Both the position numbers and the translations under genes were made by a program. Positions 18,252 to 28,322 of a DNA stretch of 64,000 nucleotides are shown here, piece by piece. Under the pieces are notes generated by a model. It did not search any database. It was given only the letters and a program-made list of their open reading frames with translations, and was not told where the DNA came from. Source of the stretch: an uncultured Candidatus Poseidoniales archaeon (lineage in GTDB: Archaea; Thermoplasmatota; Poseidoniia; Poseidoniales; Thalassarchaeaceae). The stretch's first letter is position 1, and the number at the start of each line of letters is the position of its first letter. The DNA lies in NCBI GenBank assembly GCA_963968165.1, contig CAXAFE010000001.1, positions 7,763 to 71,762 of the forward strand. Direction: 5' to 3'.

Positions 18252-19754
18252 ATGGATGGTAACTCCAATGTCCCTAAGGATATTGCAGTAGAACTATCAA
18301 AACGCGCTAAAAAAATAAATGTTCGTAAATTAGAAAGTGTTCCTTGGGCCCACGATGGCTCCCACCCCAGCTCCCCTTGGTTTTGGAAATTTTTAATCTT
18401 CATTTTATTAATTCCTTGGAATTATTTGTTCAGATTTAAACAGGTAGAAAAACCATACCCAACTGAAGGAGGTAGATTATGTGTAGCAACACATGTCAAC
18501 GGCCTAGTTGATCCCATTGCAATTACAATGAGTCATCCAAAGCAGAGGATGGTTACGCTTGGAAGACATGATTTGACCACATCTGTCCCAATTATTAGTT
18601 GGATAGCTAGAAGAATCGGGTCCCAACCAGTTATTAGAAAAGCAGAACAATTAGAAGGAATAGCTGAGATTAAATTTGCAAAAAGATTGAATCAACGTAG
18701 CATGCTAACAGTTTCGCATGCCCTTGCTGGAGGGTATCGCGCAATTATTATGCCCGAAGGAACAGGCCACCAAGATTCTCAACTCCGCCACCTAAGGACC
18801 GGATCTATGCGTTCAGCAATAAATGCCGCATCTATTGCTAAAGAGCGTAATCTCCCTGCCCCCGTTTTCCAGCCTATAGGACTTCATTTTAGGGTGCATT
18901 ACTGGTTTAGAACAGACTTATACTTAGAGCAGATAGAACCAGTTTTAGTCCCCTTTAATCCCAATGAAGAAGAAAGAAAGATGTTAATGGAAGGTATATG
19001 GATTGAACCTCCAGAAGAGTTAGTTATAGATCTGAGAGATGAATTAGCAAATAAACTAGGGAATATATCAAGGGATGCACCTGATTGGGAAACATATCGA
19101 GCTTGGCAACTTTTGGCCCATATGGTAGCTATATCTGAAAATAAGAAACTTATCTCATATAAAGATGAAGTGCATGCTACAAGAAAAGTAAGAGATAAAC
19201 TTAGAACATTTGATTCTAAGAGTATAATTAAAGATGCTAAATCTGCATCAAAAATATTATTTTCTCATGATTTAGATGGCCGATCATTAAATAAAAATCT
19301 TAAATTAAAAAATAAGTCAAGTTTATCAAAAGGTATAATTGGATTTTTAATCATGTTATTCTTCTCTCCGATTTCATTTTATTCCACTGGTATCCAAGGA
19401 TCTTTAGCCTGGTATCTGGGTAATAACACAGATGAAGGTATAGATGCTCGTACATCTTACCACATGATTGCATGTATAATATCGCCACTAATAATTTGGC
19501 CCATATTGTCACTAGTAAGTTTTCTGATAGTAAATAATTTATTAATATCGATTCCGATAATTATCCTTCCTTTTTGGATAGTTATTTCTATGATATTTTA
19601 TCATTATTCAAATCTTGCATTTCTAATTGGTTATGATTATTGGTGTGATTACCAAACATCGAGGCGCAGTAAAAGTCTTGATAATTCCTCTCAAAATAAT
19701 TATTTTATAGATTTACTAAGAATATTAGAACCTAGGTTAGATTCACTAAAATAG
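18252..19754 (+). CDS. PlsC-type (HX4D) acyltransferase with C-terminal multi-TM domain
   Basis: It has the HX4D motif HVNGLVD (H at 18492) and MPEGTGH, which corresponds to the PEGT block of glycerolipid acyltransferases. The C-terminal approximately 150 aa holds several TM helices (IIGFLIMLFFSPISFY..., IISPLIIWPILSLVSFLIV, IIILPFWIVISMIFY). Confidence 0.7.
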   Translation: MDGNSNVPKDIAVELSKRAKKINVRKLESVPWAHDGSHPSSPWFWKFLIFILLIPWNYLFRFKQVEKPYPTEGGRLCVATHVNGLVDPIAITMSHPKQRMVTLGRHDLTTSVPIISWIARRIGSQPVIRKAEQLEGIAEIKFAKRLNQRSMLTVSHALAGGYRAIIMPEGTGHQDSQLRHLRTGSMRSAINAASIAKERNLPAPVFQPIGLHFRVHYWFRTDLYLEQIEPVLVPFNPNEEERKMLMEGIWIEPPEELVIDLRDELANKLGNISRDAPDWETYRAWQLLAHMVAISENKKLISYKDEVHATRKVRDKLRTFDSKSIIKDAKSASKILFSHDLDGRSLNKNLKLKNKSSLSKGIIGFLIMLFFSPISFYSTGIQGSLAWYLGNNTDEGIDARTSYHMIACIISPLIIWPILSLVSFLIVNNLLISIPIIILPFWIVISMIFYHYSNLAFLIGYDYWCDYQTSRRSKSLDNSSQNNYFIDLLRILEPRLDSLK

Positions 19755-19776
19755 GTCCACCCGCCCATAGACATTT

Positions 19777-20400
19777 GTGGAGGGGCCTGAAGCAATCAAA
19801 TCAGTCAAAAAATGGCTGAATAGCGAACGTCTTGAATTTAAAGAAGTTCAAGATCCCCAAGCATTAATTCACTTACATTGTAAATATCCACCAACAAGAC
19901 AAGGACATATGTTCAATATTGTAATTCCTAAAAATAGAAATCTAGTATTGATTTACTCTATTACGCGAGTTGACATAGGACAACAAGAATTGATGATAGA
20001 CCAAGCAACAGAAGAATTAGAAGAATGGGAATTATGGCTTCATGACATAAGGATGGACCTAACTTCTAGTGATTTAGATTGGGTACTTCATATTGGTCAT
20101 AAAAAGCAGAATAAATCTGGCCCATTACAAGCATTTAATCTGTCTAGGCCGATATGGTTTGATGGATTAACTCAGAATGAATTTATGCATTCAATGAGGA
20201 AATTATGGTTAACCAAATTATCATTAATACATCAAATAAAATTTGCATATGGTCCAGGAACAGGTAAGCCAGGACCAGTGGATGATTGGCTAGCTAAAAA
20301 GACTAAAAAAAGTAATATCAAAGAATCCAAAACCAATCAAATTGATACTGATGAATCCGGGGGATTTGGAAAAGATTTTGATCCTTCTGAATGGATATAG
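19777..20400 (+). CDS. hypothetical protein
   Basis: 207-aa ORF with a GTG start and no TM segment. The C-terminus is low-complexity and charged. No family recognised. Confidence 0.45.
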   Translation: MEGPEAIKSVKKWLNSERLEFKEVQDPQALIHLHCKYPPTRQGHMFNIVIPKNRNLVLIYSITRVDIGQQELMIDQATEELEEWELWLHDIRMDLTSSDLDWVLHIGHKKQNKSGPLQAFNLSRPIWFDGLTQNEFMHSMRKLWLTKLSLIHQIKFAYGPGTGKPGPVDDWLAKKTKKSNIKESKTNQIDTDESGGFGKDFDPSEWI

Positions 20401-20474
20401 GTGTTATCACTTGAAAAACAAATAAGTGACCATAAAGGGATTTAGTTAAGTATCTGAAAATTTTCAAAGAGACG

Positions 20475-23400
20475 ATGGTACGGAACGTCAGTAGCCAAAA
20501 TAAAGATACTGTGAAGGTTAGAAATAGTATTTCTATGGTTTTAATAATGCTATTAAGCCTTTTCTCGGCTTTAGAAATCCCGCAGGCTGATGCTAGTGAT
20601 GTAGTTCTTACAGATCCTATTCAAATTGTAAATGGCGGTACTGCTAATGACAGAGGAATGGCCATTGATGCGGATTCTAACGGAAACATACACTTAGTAT
20701 TTAGTCGTAATACACAACATCTTTTCTATCAAATGCAAGATCCAAGAGGGGACACAATAATTTCCGCTACTCAAATATCTAATCCTGGAAATCATCGTGC
20801 GTGGCATCCAGATATTGCAGTCGATGCCGATGATAAAGTACATATTGTTTGGACGGATAAAGCTGGCCAATATTCTATAATGTACACGTTATTAGATCCA
20901 TATTTGGATGATAGAAGTGGAGACAGCGCTCTTGATTCTGTAATATCAATTGTTAATGATTATGAGGTTTCAAACAATCCACAAAATCGAGACTATCCTG
21001 CAATTGATGTTGACTCTAATAATGATGCACATATTGTATGGGAAGATTCGTTCGAACCATTAGAAAAATTTTATCAACAACCTCAGATTTATTATAAAAT
21101 GTTAGAAATTGATCATGTTTCCCGAGAAGCATTAGTCGCAATCGATAGTACCTTACTTACACCTATATTGGGGCATAAAGGGCATCCAGACATTGCAGTA
21201 GATGTAGATGACTTCGTGCAGATAGTATGGGATGATACTCGTGGTGGTAAGGTAGAGATGGTTGTGCCTATTGATACGTCAGGTTCAATGAATACTGAAT
21301 GGGCGGATATGTGCGTTGTATTTTATGGTGGTAATTTTGCAAGCGGAGGATCTTTCCCCGGACTAAAACCATTACTCGAAAGTGCTAATATGACAGTTTA
21401 TGAAACACTATACGCACTTAGTGGTAACTGGCCGGCAGCATCTCAGAGCGGTGCGTGTGCCAATGCCTATCAGACGGGAGGTTCAGGAAGTAACGGACCT
21501 AGAAATACTCCTTTAGGCTCTACAAACAATGATAACTCTGGTGGTATTAGATATTTGGATGAAGTGGTTTATAATAACGCTGCAGTAGACTTACCTGCTG
21601 ATGGAGGTTATTTTAGTGAATTTTGGGGCCCAGCAGCCACATGGGCCTGTTTATCATGGAAAGATGCTAATGGCAATGTTCCAGGAAATCCACCTACACA
21701 AGCGGATCATCACTGGAATCCAAATGCAACAAAAATTGTGATACCAATTTCTGATGAAGGGCCATATGGCGGAAGTCCACAAGATAATGATGATACCCAA
21801 AGCATTGCCCAATCTCATGATGCATGTGTTTTAGCTGATGTAATACCTACTCCTTTGTGGGCTGGTTCTGATACTGATGTCGGATCATATATGATGGATA
21901 TGGCACAATGTCCAAATGGCTCAGGTCTAAATGCAAGAACATGTAACGGTAATAATCTAAGATTAACTAATGCAGGAGGGCAAATGTATAGTTTTCCTAC
22001 ATCTTCTAGTAGCTCAACTGAATTAGAAATAATGGTGGAAGCTATGGTCTACCTGTCTACAAATAATTCTCGTGAGATATATATGACCGTTTTGGACCCA
22101 CTTTCACTTTTGGATAGTCCATGGCCAGGTTGGACAAAGGGTGATTCTGGTACAGAAAGCGACCCCAGCACCAATACTTATACCGAAGATTTAGGACCTT
22201 CTGAAGATATTTCTGGCTATGGGCATCTAGTGGTTGTCAATGATACTAGAATTACATTGAATGATGCATATAGCCTTCATCCCGCGATAGCCCTAGACTC
22301 GTCTGGACTTACACATCTAGCATGGCAGGACGGCCGGGCATATGGCTTTGATATCGATGTAAATTATGAGATATATTATACTCGACTTAAATTGAGAGGA
22401 GCAGCAGAATGGGATGGTGCAGCAGAAGGATTACCCACATTTGGAATAAAACAAATAGCAGATGCCGCTATTTCAGATGTCGAAGGCCTTGCAGGCCTTG
22501 ATCCAGATCGTCCGTTCGGAGCAAATTCTCATTTACCTTCAATAATAACTGATTCATTTGACAACGTACATCTGGCTTGGCTAGACAACTATAACGAAAG
22601 TCAGGGAGAAACCATAGTCTACACTCGCTTAAACCATACGAATGATGACTTTCCAAATGGATTCCCGCTCAATTCTATAGCATCCTCAGTATTTGACCCT
22701 TGGACAATTATACCAGTTACAACATGGCAATCAGATAAATTAGGTCCAAATTCACCCGCAACTCCGGATTTAGGTCAAACTCCGGCGTTTGCCAACGATC
22801 TAGGAAGCGGGGCTCATCTAGGATGGTCTGATACTAACAAATGCAACGAAGAAAATAATGGGGGAAAATATACACTGTGCTATGTGCATGTATTAACAGG
22901 ATTAGTAGATATTTCGTTGGCTTGTGATGAGAAAGTAATTGCAAACCCTAATCTTGAAGGAAATCCTTACACATGCCCAGAAGATGCTGAAACATTTTAC
23001 CATACAATATTTCCTGGGGAATTGACCACATATAATATGACAATTGCAAATCCTACGCCAGGTCCAGCTGAGTTAGTACAAGATACATTTACTGTCACTA
23101 TGCAGGGAGTTCCAACAAATTGGAGTGCTACCCTATTCTATGCTACTAACAATACTCCAATATTTGAATCTACACCGGTACATTTGGATGGAGGAGAAGT
23201 TGTTCCAATTTATATGAGATTAAGGGCTCCAACAATTTATCAAGCCAAACAAGATGAACTAGCACAAGTTACAATAACAGCAGTTTCTTACAAAGATCCG
23301 GCAATTAGGAATGAGCGAATAACGCTGACTTTAATGGATGTTGTACACGGAATTGAATTGGATACAAGTCACTACCAAGTAGATATTGAACAGGGAAGAT

Positions 23401-25649
23401 CTGCTGTATTTTCAGTATCGATAAAAAATACTGGTAATGTTTTTGATACCTTCGCATTTTATGATCCATCGACATTAGAGGGACAAAATGAGTGGGCTTT
23501 ACCATTTGGCTGGGGTATTGATTTTCCAACATCAATTTCCCTTGACCCTTTACAGTCTGTGACGAAAAATCTACAAGTCAGTGTTCCATCTTCACAAGAG
23601 CCAGGTACCTTTGTGATATATTTGAAGGGATGGTCTTTAGGAGAACCTGTGTTATCCGTAGATAGAGGAACATATGATGTTCTAGAATTATGGATAAATG
23701 TCTCTACAAGATCAACTGGAAATATTGTTTTCTCAGTTGGAGACACTACTCAGTATGTACTTCCAGGAGATTGTGCTGAATTTGATATAGAGGTCACCAA
23801 GCATTTTACTCCCGGATATCTAGTATTCACTACTCCAGGAGCACCTGATCCAAAACCATCTAATTGGACAGAAGAAACATGGAGATATGACCACTGGACG
23901 GTAGACTTAGATTTCACAAATGCACCTGGAGGTAACGGGCCGTCTGATGATTCACCAAGATACTGGGCTCAAATAAATACACCTTATACTGTAACTGCAA
24001 TAATGTGCGCACCCTATAATGCAACAGCCGGTCTTGGAGATTCAATTACAGTCCGAGCCTATCTTGAAGGTCAGCCTAAGATTAGAGATTCTGTCGTAAT
24101 CTTAACAAACGTTATCCAAAGATATGATTTAGACGCTTCAGTATCAGAGAATATACTTGATCTATATCCAGGACAACCTTACCAGATGGATACAAATATC
24201 GAAAATCTCGGCAATGGCCCTGATAGATTTGATATGACTGTGGAATCTATAGTTGATTCTCAGGGAAACGCTCATGTATGGGATATCGAGATTCCTAGAA
24301 TACTATTTGGTGAATTAGATAGAGATGAAATAGGCGAGTATTCGATAATTATCAATGTCCCTGATAAAACACTTGCAGGCCAATATACAATCACTTTCAA
24401 TATATACAGCGAAGAGGAATATGAAGGAACCAAACTACGTGATTCTATAACTCTAAATATAAATATAATTGAATTCCACGATATGCAGGTCACCTTAGAT
24501 CCTGCAGTTGAGAGTAGAATTAAAACTACAGCACCAAGTAGAATTGTAAGATTTACATTGAATGTTACTAATTTTGGTAATGTTCCTGATCAACCAACCC
24601 TCCACAATCATACAATCGATGCAGCAGGAGGCTGGGGCATAATGCCTGGAATGAATACTTTATCAAATTGGGAAATCCAATTCGCTTTATTAGAAGATTT
24701 TGATACTGAATATCCTGTAGAAAACCTATGCGAAGGCCAATCTCCAAATTTCTTAACCCTGGCTGACCCAATTCCAACGGAAGGATGTTATCTTTCTGCC
24801 CAAACCGGGGCGCTAACATTACCAATCATGGAAGCTTATACTACTTTACAAATGGTAGTTATAGTTGCAATTGCGCCTGATGCCGCATTACAAAATAGAG
24901 AAATAGGAATTAAGGCGTTATCAATGCATGGAAGTTCTGAGAATGGAGGAGACCATGATGAAACTCCTGAATGGGAAGATTCGTGCACATTAGACTCCAA
25001 TAAAGACGGCCAACCAGATAATTTTGCTCCTGATTGCGACTCAAATGAACAAGTATTGGAATTACGATTAAGAGCGCCCGATCTAGAAATTATAGAAGTT
25101 ACAGCAGATTCAAAAAAGGGTGCGATTGGAGAAATGCTCTCTGTAAGTGTGAAAATTATTAATCGTGGAAATGCTCATGCAACCGATGTCAATGTCATAC
25201 TGTGCAAAGATCAATCTACTAGTGACATAAAGAAAAATGGATGCGATGAAAATAATATTGTATATAGACAATTAATCAAAGCAATCATGCCAATTGGCGA
25301 TGGCGGTCTAGAAAATCCAGATCCTATTACATTGCTATACATGGTTGAAGCGGGTAATCACGACGTAGTAGTTGTAGTAGATTCGAATAATGATATCGTT
25401 GAAACAGATGAAACTAACAATATAATGAAGATACCCGGAGGAGAAATGAGCTCTAATTTTGGAGCAGGAGATGTAGTAATAGACGTTATAGCGCGTTACT
25501 CGGTCCCTACAATTATTCTTGGTGCTACTTTTTCTCTAATTGGTGTTGCTGGATTTGTTATGTATGGCAGGAGAATAGAAGCTTTACAGTCATTTGCAGA
25601 AAAGACCAGCCTAATATCTAAATCAGATGATGATGATATTAGATTCTAG
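20475..25649 (+). CDS. giant cell-surface protein: signal peptide, propeller-like repeats with vWA-like insert, multiple Ig-like/CARDB-like domains, C-terminal TM anchor
   Basis: 1724 aa.
- Signal: the N-terminus has ISMVLIMLLSLFSALEIPQADA.
- Repeats: seven units follow the pattern [HY]P.IA.D.....H..W.D (HPDIAVDADDKVHIVWTD, YPAIDVDSNNDAHIVWED, HPDIAVDVDDFVQIVWDD, HPAIALDSSGLTHLAWQD, and others).
- Insert: it begins MVVPIDTSGSMN (DxSxS) and contains IVIPISDEGP.
- Ig-like segments: examples are AVFSVSIKNTGNVFDTF and VRFTLNVTNFGNVPD.
- CARDB-like domain: GEMLSVSVKIINRGNAHATDVNV...ETDETNN.
- Anchor: the tail is IILGATFSLIGVAGFVMYGRR. Confidence 0.8.
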   Translation: MVRNVSSQNKDTVKVRNSISMVLIMLLSLFSALEIPQADASDVVLTDPIQIVNGGTANDRGMAIDADSNGNIHLVFSRNTQHLFYQMQDPRGDTIISATQISNPGNHRAWHPDIAVDADDKVHIVWTDKAGQYSIMYTLLDPYLDDRSGDSALDSVISIVNDYEVSNNPQNRDYPAIDVDSNNDAHIVWEDSFEPLEKFYQQPQIYYKMLEIDHVSREALVAIDSTLLTPILGHKGHPDIAVDVDDFVQIVWDDTRGGKVEMVVPIDTSGSMNTEWADMCVVFYGGNFASGGSFPGLKPLLESANMTVYETLYALSGNWPAASQSGACANAYQTGGSGSNGPRNTPLGSTNNDNSGGIRYLDEVVYNNAAVDLPADGGYFSEFWGPAATWACLSWKDANGNVPGNPPTQADHHWNPNATKIVIPISDEGPYGGSPQDNDDTQSIAQSHDACVLADVIPTPLWAGSDTDVGSYMMDMAQCPNGSGLNARTCNGNNLRLTNAGGQMYSFPTSSSSSTELEIMVEAMVYLSTNNSREIYMTVLDPLSLLDSPWPGWTKGDSGTESDPSTNTYTEDLGPSEDISGYGHLVVVNDTRITLNDAYSLHPAIALDSSGLTHLAWQDGRAYGFDIDVNYEIYYTRLKLRGAAEWDGAAEGLPTFGIKQIADAAISDVEGLAGLDPDRPFGANSHLPSIITDSFDNVHLAWLDNYNESQGETIVYTRLNHTNDDFPNGFPLNSIASSVFDPWTIIPVTTWQSDKLGPNSPATPDLGQTPAFANDLGSGAHLGWSDTNKCNEENNGGKYTLCYVHVLTGLVDISLACDEKVIANPNLEGNPYTCPEDAETFYHTIFPGELTTYNMTIANPTPGPAELVQDTFTVTMQGVPTNWSATLFYATNNTPIFESTPVHLDGGEVVPIYMRLRAPTIYQAKQDELAQVTITAVSYKDPAIRNERITLTLMDVVHGIELDTSHYQVDIEQGRSAVFSVSIKNTGNVFDTFAFYDPSTLEGQNEWALPFGWGIDFPTSISLDPLQSVTKNLQVSVPSSQEPGTFVIYLKGWSLGEPVLSVDRGTYDVLELWINVSTRSTGNIVFSVGDTTQYVLPGDCAEFDIEVTKHFTPGYLVFTTPGAPDPKPSNWTEETWRYDHWTVDLDFTNAPGGNGPSDDSPRYWAQINTPYTVTAIMCAPYNATAGLGDSITVRAYLEGQPKIRDSVVILTNVIQRYDLDASVSENILDLYPGQPYQMDTNIENLGNGPDRFDMTVESIVDSQGNAHVWDIEIPRILFGELDRDEIGEYSIIINVPDKTLAGQYTITFNIYSEEEYEGTKLRDSITLNINIIEFHDMQVTLDPAVESRIKTTAPSRIVRFTLNVTNFGNVPDQPTLHNHTIDAAGGWGIMPGMNTLSNWEIQFALLEDFDTEYPVENLCEGQSPNFLTLADPIPTEGCYLSAQTGALTLPIMEAYTTLQMVVIVAIAPDAALQNREIGIKALSMHGSSENGGDHDETPEWEDSCTLDSNKDGQPDNFAPDCDSNEQVLELRLRAPDLEIIEVTADSKKGAIGEMLSVSVKIINRGNAHATDVNVILCKDQSTSDIKKNGCDENNIVYRQLIKAIMPIGDGGLENPDPITLLYMVEAGNHDVVVVVDSNNDIVETDETNNIMKIPGGEMSSNFGAGDVVIDVIARYSVPTIILGATFSLIGVAGFVMYGRRIEALQSFAEKTSLISKSDDDDIRF

Positions 25650-25650
25650 A

Positions 25651-26385
25651 TTAACGTACAAGCCACCAAGGAAGTGGGGTTCCTTTATTTGCTGCGACAA
25701 AATTCCCCTTTCCTGCTAGATCTCTTAGCAACGTTTCTCGGAGATTTTCCATCATTTCCTCAGCATCCATGGACTTAATCCTCATACCATGTGAAAATAA
25801 ATCTAGATCCAATGGCCTCCGAGGAGTATTCATGATTGCATGCGCCAGTTGCCTCTCTTCATAGGATTCGGAATGATTATCAACACTTGATGATACTTTT
25901 TTTTTCACTTGCTGATGCATAGCTATAATTGCGTCTCGTTGTTCATCTACTTTCTCTAAAGCGGCATCTAGTTCTCCTAAAACTTCAATTGCTTCTGAAA
26001 TTTCTAACTTTCTTTTTGTGCCCATCTTTTCAACAACACTATCAAGATCACTAGGTAACTTATTTGAGAGTTTCATAGCACCGCCTCTGGGCATTTTTCT
26101 ATGATCAGCTCGGAATAAGTCTGGACCCAGATCAAGTCTAATTGAAAACGACTGATCTACTTTATACATTTTTTTTGGAGGGCCCCCCTTTTCTGATGCC
26201 ACCATCTGAGACTCAACAAAATCTGCTTTTTCTAGAACTTTAAGATGTTTTATGACGGCTTGTTGACTAACATTTATCAATTCAGACAACTGTAGTGGAT
26301 AATGAGGTTCTTTTACTAATAACATTAGAATTTGTCGTCTTGTAGTATTTTCTAGTACTGATAAAGCTTCATCAAAACCTACCAC
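25651..26385 (-). CDS. ArsR-type winged-helix transcriptional regulator with long C-terminal helical extension
   Basis: The HTH is TRRQILMLLVKEPHYPLQLSELINVSQQAVIKHLKVLEKADFVES and the wing is GGPPKKMYKV. About 140 further aa are predicted helical or coiled. Confidence 0.7.
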   Translation of the reverse strand: MVGFDEALSVLENTTRRQILMLLVKEPHYPLQLSELINVSQQAVIKHLKVLEKADFVESQMVASEKGGPPKKMYKVDQSFSIRLDLGPDLFRADHRKMPRGGAMKLSNKLPSDLDSVVEKMGTKRKLEISEAIEVLGELDAALEKVDEQRDAIIAMHQQVKKKVSSSVDNHSESYEERQLAHAIMNTPRRPLDLDLFSHGMRIKSMDAEEMMENLRETLLRDLAGKGNFVAANKGTPLPWWLVR

Positions 26386-26436
26386 CTACTAACCAACCTG
26401 AGGTTGGGTACTCGCCCTATTGTAAAAACCCAATCA

Positions 26437-27165
26437 CTACTCATTATCCCATTCTTTCCAAAAAGTATCCTTTTCTTCTTCTGTATTGATATGCTTGATA
26501 ATATTTTTTGTATCTTCTACAAAAGGATCTGGAACTTTATTCATTGACGAAATTATCTTTATATCTGCATCCTTATTTTGGATTTCAATATCTGAACTAC
26601 TGATTATTTTAAATTTAATATTTTTCTTGTTTCTTCTCCATCCAATAATTGTCAAAAAAAGTGCAACAATCCCAATTGGAAATCCTAGACAACAACTTAG
26701 AGTGACAATCAATATAGATTTTTGTTTGAATAATTCATTTTGATTAGCCGTTTCATCAACTAACCAGAGTGTATTATTTCCCTCATTATAGATACTGTAA
26801 CTCCCTTCTTTAGTTATCTCAAAAACTCGTACAGTATTGTAAACTGTGTCGTCTAAACCAGTTCTTGGCAGGTCAAGCCAATTAGCTGACCGACCATCAA
26901 ATCTTATTCCTGATTCATTTATTAATTTTAACTGGGCATTTGAATCACTATTATCAATCCTAAGTGCAATATATATTTTAGATGATTCTAGTTCAACTAA
27001 CTCACTTGTTCTAGGCTCTAATTCTACCATATTACTTAGACTAGGATCAAAAAACTCATACTCATCTGTGTCAATTAGTATAACTCCAATTGTACCGATT
27101 AAAAGTAATAAAAAAGATATAAATGCACTCCACTTAGCTACAAATAATAATCTACTTTTCTGCAT
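26437..27165 (-). CDS. hypothetical bitopic/2-TM membrane protein
   Basis: 242 aa with an N-terminal TM (FISFLLLLIGTIGVILI), an approximately 120-aa probable extracytoplasmic beta-rich region, a second TM (ILIVTLSCCLGFPIGIVALFLTII) and a charged tail. The gene is very AT-rich. Confidence 0.5.
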   Translation of the reverse strand: MQKSRLLFVAKWSAFISFLLLLIGTIGVILIDTDEYEFFDPSLSNMVELEPRTSELVELESSKIYIALRIDNSDSNAQLKLINESGIRFDGRSANWLDLPRTGLDDTVYNTVRVFEITKEGSYSIYNEGNNTLWLVDETANQNELFKQKSILIVTLSCCLGFPIGIVALFLTIIGWRRNKKNIKFKIISSSDIEIQNKDADIKIISSMNKVPDPFVEDTKNIIKHINTEEEKDTFWKEWDNE

Positions 27166-27200
27166 TCTAAAATCACCTAATACTTTTGAATCTCTCTATA

Positions 27201-28322
27201 TCAGTAATTTAATCCTATAGCACCTAATTTTTCAGGTAAATATGTATCAGTTACGAAATCAAGACCATATTTTGCTAATGATTGCTGCTCAGCCTTTTTC
27301 CCAATCTCTTGCATTAAGTTGATTTGTTCTTTCCACCAACCAGTAGCAAACCTCGGATCACTTAATTCTGATTCAAGTGCACCTATATCTGACTTTGTTA
27401 AATCATCAGCAGGTAAATCATAAGCAAGTATATCATCAGCGGTAATTCCTAAATATGTTGCTTCACTAGTTGCGAGATATTCAGAAATGTGTGCAGTTTT
27501 TATAGCCCCATACGCTATACTTGCAAAAATTCGAAAGGACCATGGATCGCAATCCGCAAATACTAGAATTGGCTTTTTCCACTCATCACTCATTCTTTTC
27601 ATTATTCTCCGTGTAGATCTCGCAGGTTGTCCCTTCAGGTGTATCAATGCACACCTCGCCTCTTCGTCGAATCCATTTTCTACTAATCTATCAAACATAC
27701 CTCCTGTTTCTACAGCCATTACAAAATCTATATCTTGGTCAATCAATCGTAGTTTCTCTGATTCAACATTATATGGTACGCCATATCCTGAATCTCCAAC
27801 ATCATCTCTACAATTTATTCTCATCCATTCCCCTTTTCTATTTTTTTCTTCAAATGTTACGTTTCCAATTATCCTGGCCCCATCTTCCTCAGGACGAAGT
27901 TTAAAATCCTCCCTTATACATTTTGTAACTATCTCCAAGTCTTCGGCTAGGTTATTACTTTCATTTTGCGTACCAAATTTTCCATTCCCCCAACCTTCAG
28001 AAATGTAATACATCTCTCTTAATGTTGATGATTTCCCGCTTTCAATCATTTGTTCAATAAATTCCGTAATGTGAAGTGATCGTAAGAGCACTCTCGCAGA
28101 TCCAAGAGCAGTTGCATCTCTTGTACTTTTATTTTTACCATATTTGTAAACTTGCAGCCTCTTATCAAAAGTAATGTTCTTTTTTGTTCTAACCGGTAAC
28201 GTCATTGCTGGTGGCTTACCTTTCATCATTTTATCATGCATTTCAGCGGCCACTCCATGTAATGCTTGGATTACTTCTTGCTTAGTTTTTGGTTTACCTA
28301 TTATCATTATTCTACCTCCCAT
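27201..28322 (-). CDS. top6A: DNA topoisomerase VI subunit A (Spo11 homologue)
   Basis: It has [11 protein letters not shown] (catalytic Tyr region) and Toprim motifs [11 protein letters not shown] and [11 protein letters not shown]. It overlaps the end of top6B by 16 nt. Confidence 0.93.
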   Translation of the reverse strand: MGGRIMIIGKPKTKQEVIQALHGVAAEMHDKMMKGKPPAMTLPVRTKKNITFDKRLQVYKYGKNKSTRDATALGSARVLLRSLHITEFIEQMIESGKSSTLREMYYISEGWGNGKFGTQNESNNLAEDLEIVTKCIREDFKLRPEEDGARIIGNVTFEEKNRKGEWMRINCRDDVGDSGYGVPYNVESEKLRLIDQDIDFVMAVETGGMFDRLVENGFDEEARCALIHLKGQPARSTRRIMKRMSDEWKKPILVFADCDPWSFRIFASIAYGAIKTAHISEYLATSEATYLGITADDILAYDLPADDLTKSDIGALESELSDPRFATGWWKEQINLMQEIGKKAEQQSLAKYGLDFVTDTYLPEKLGAIGLNY

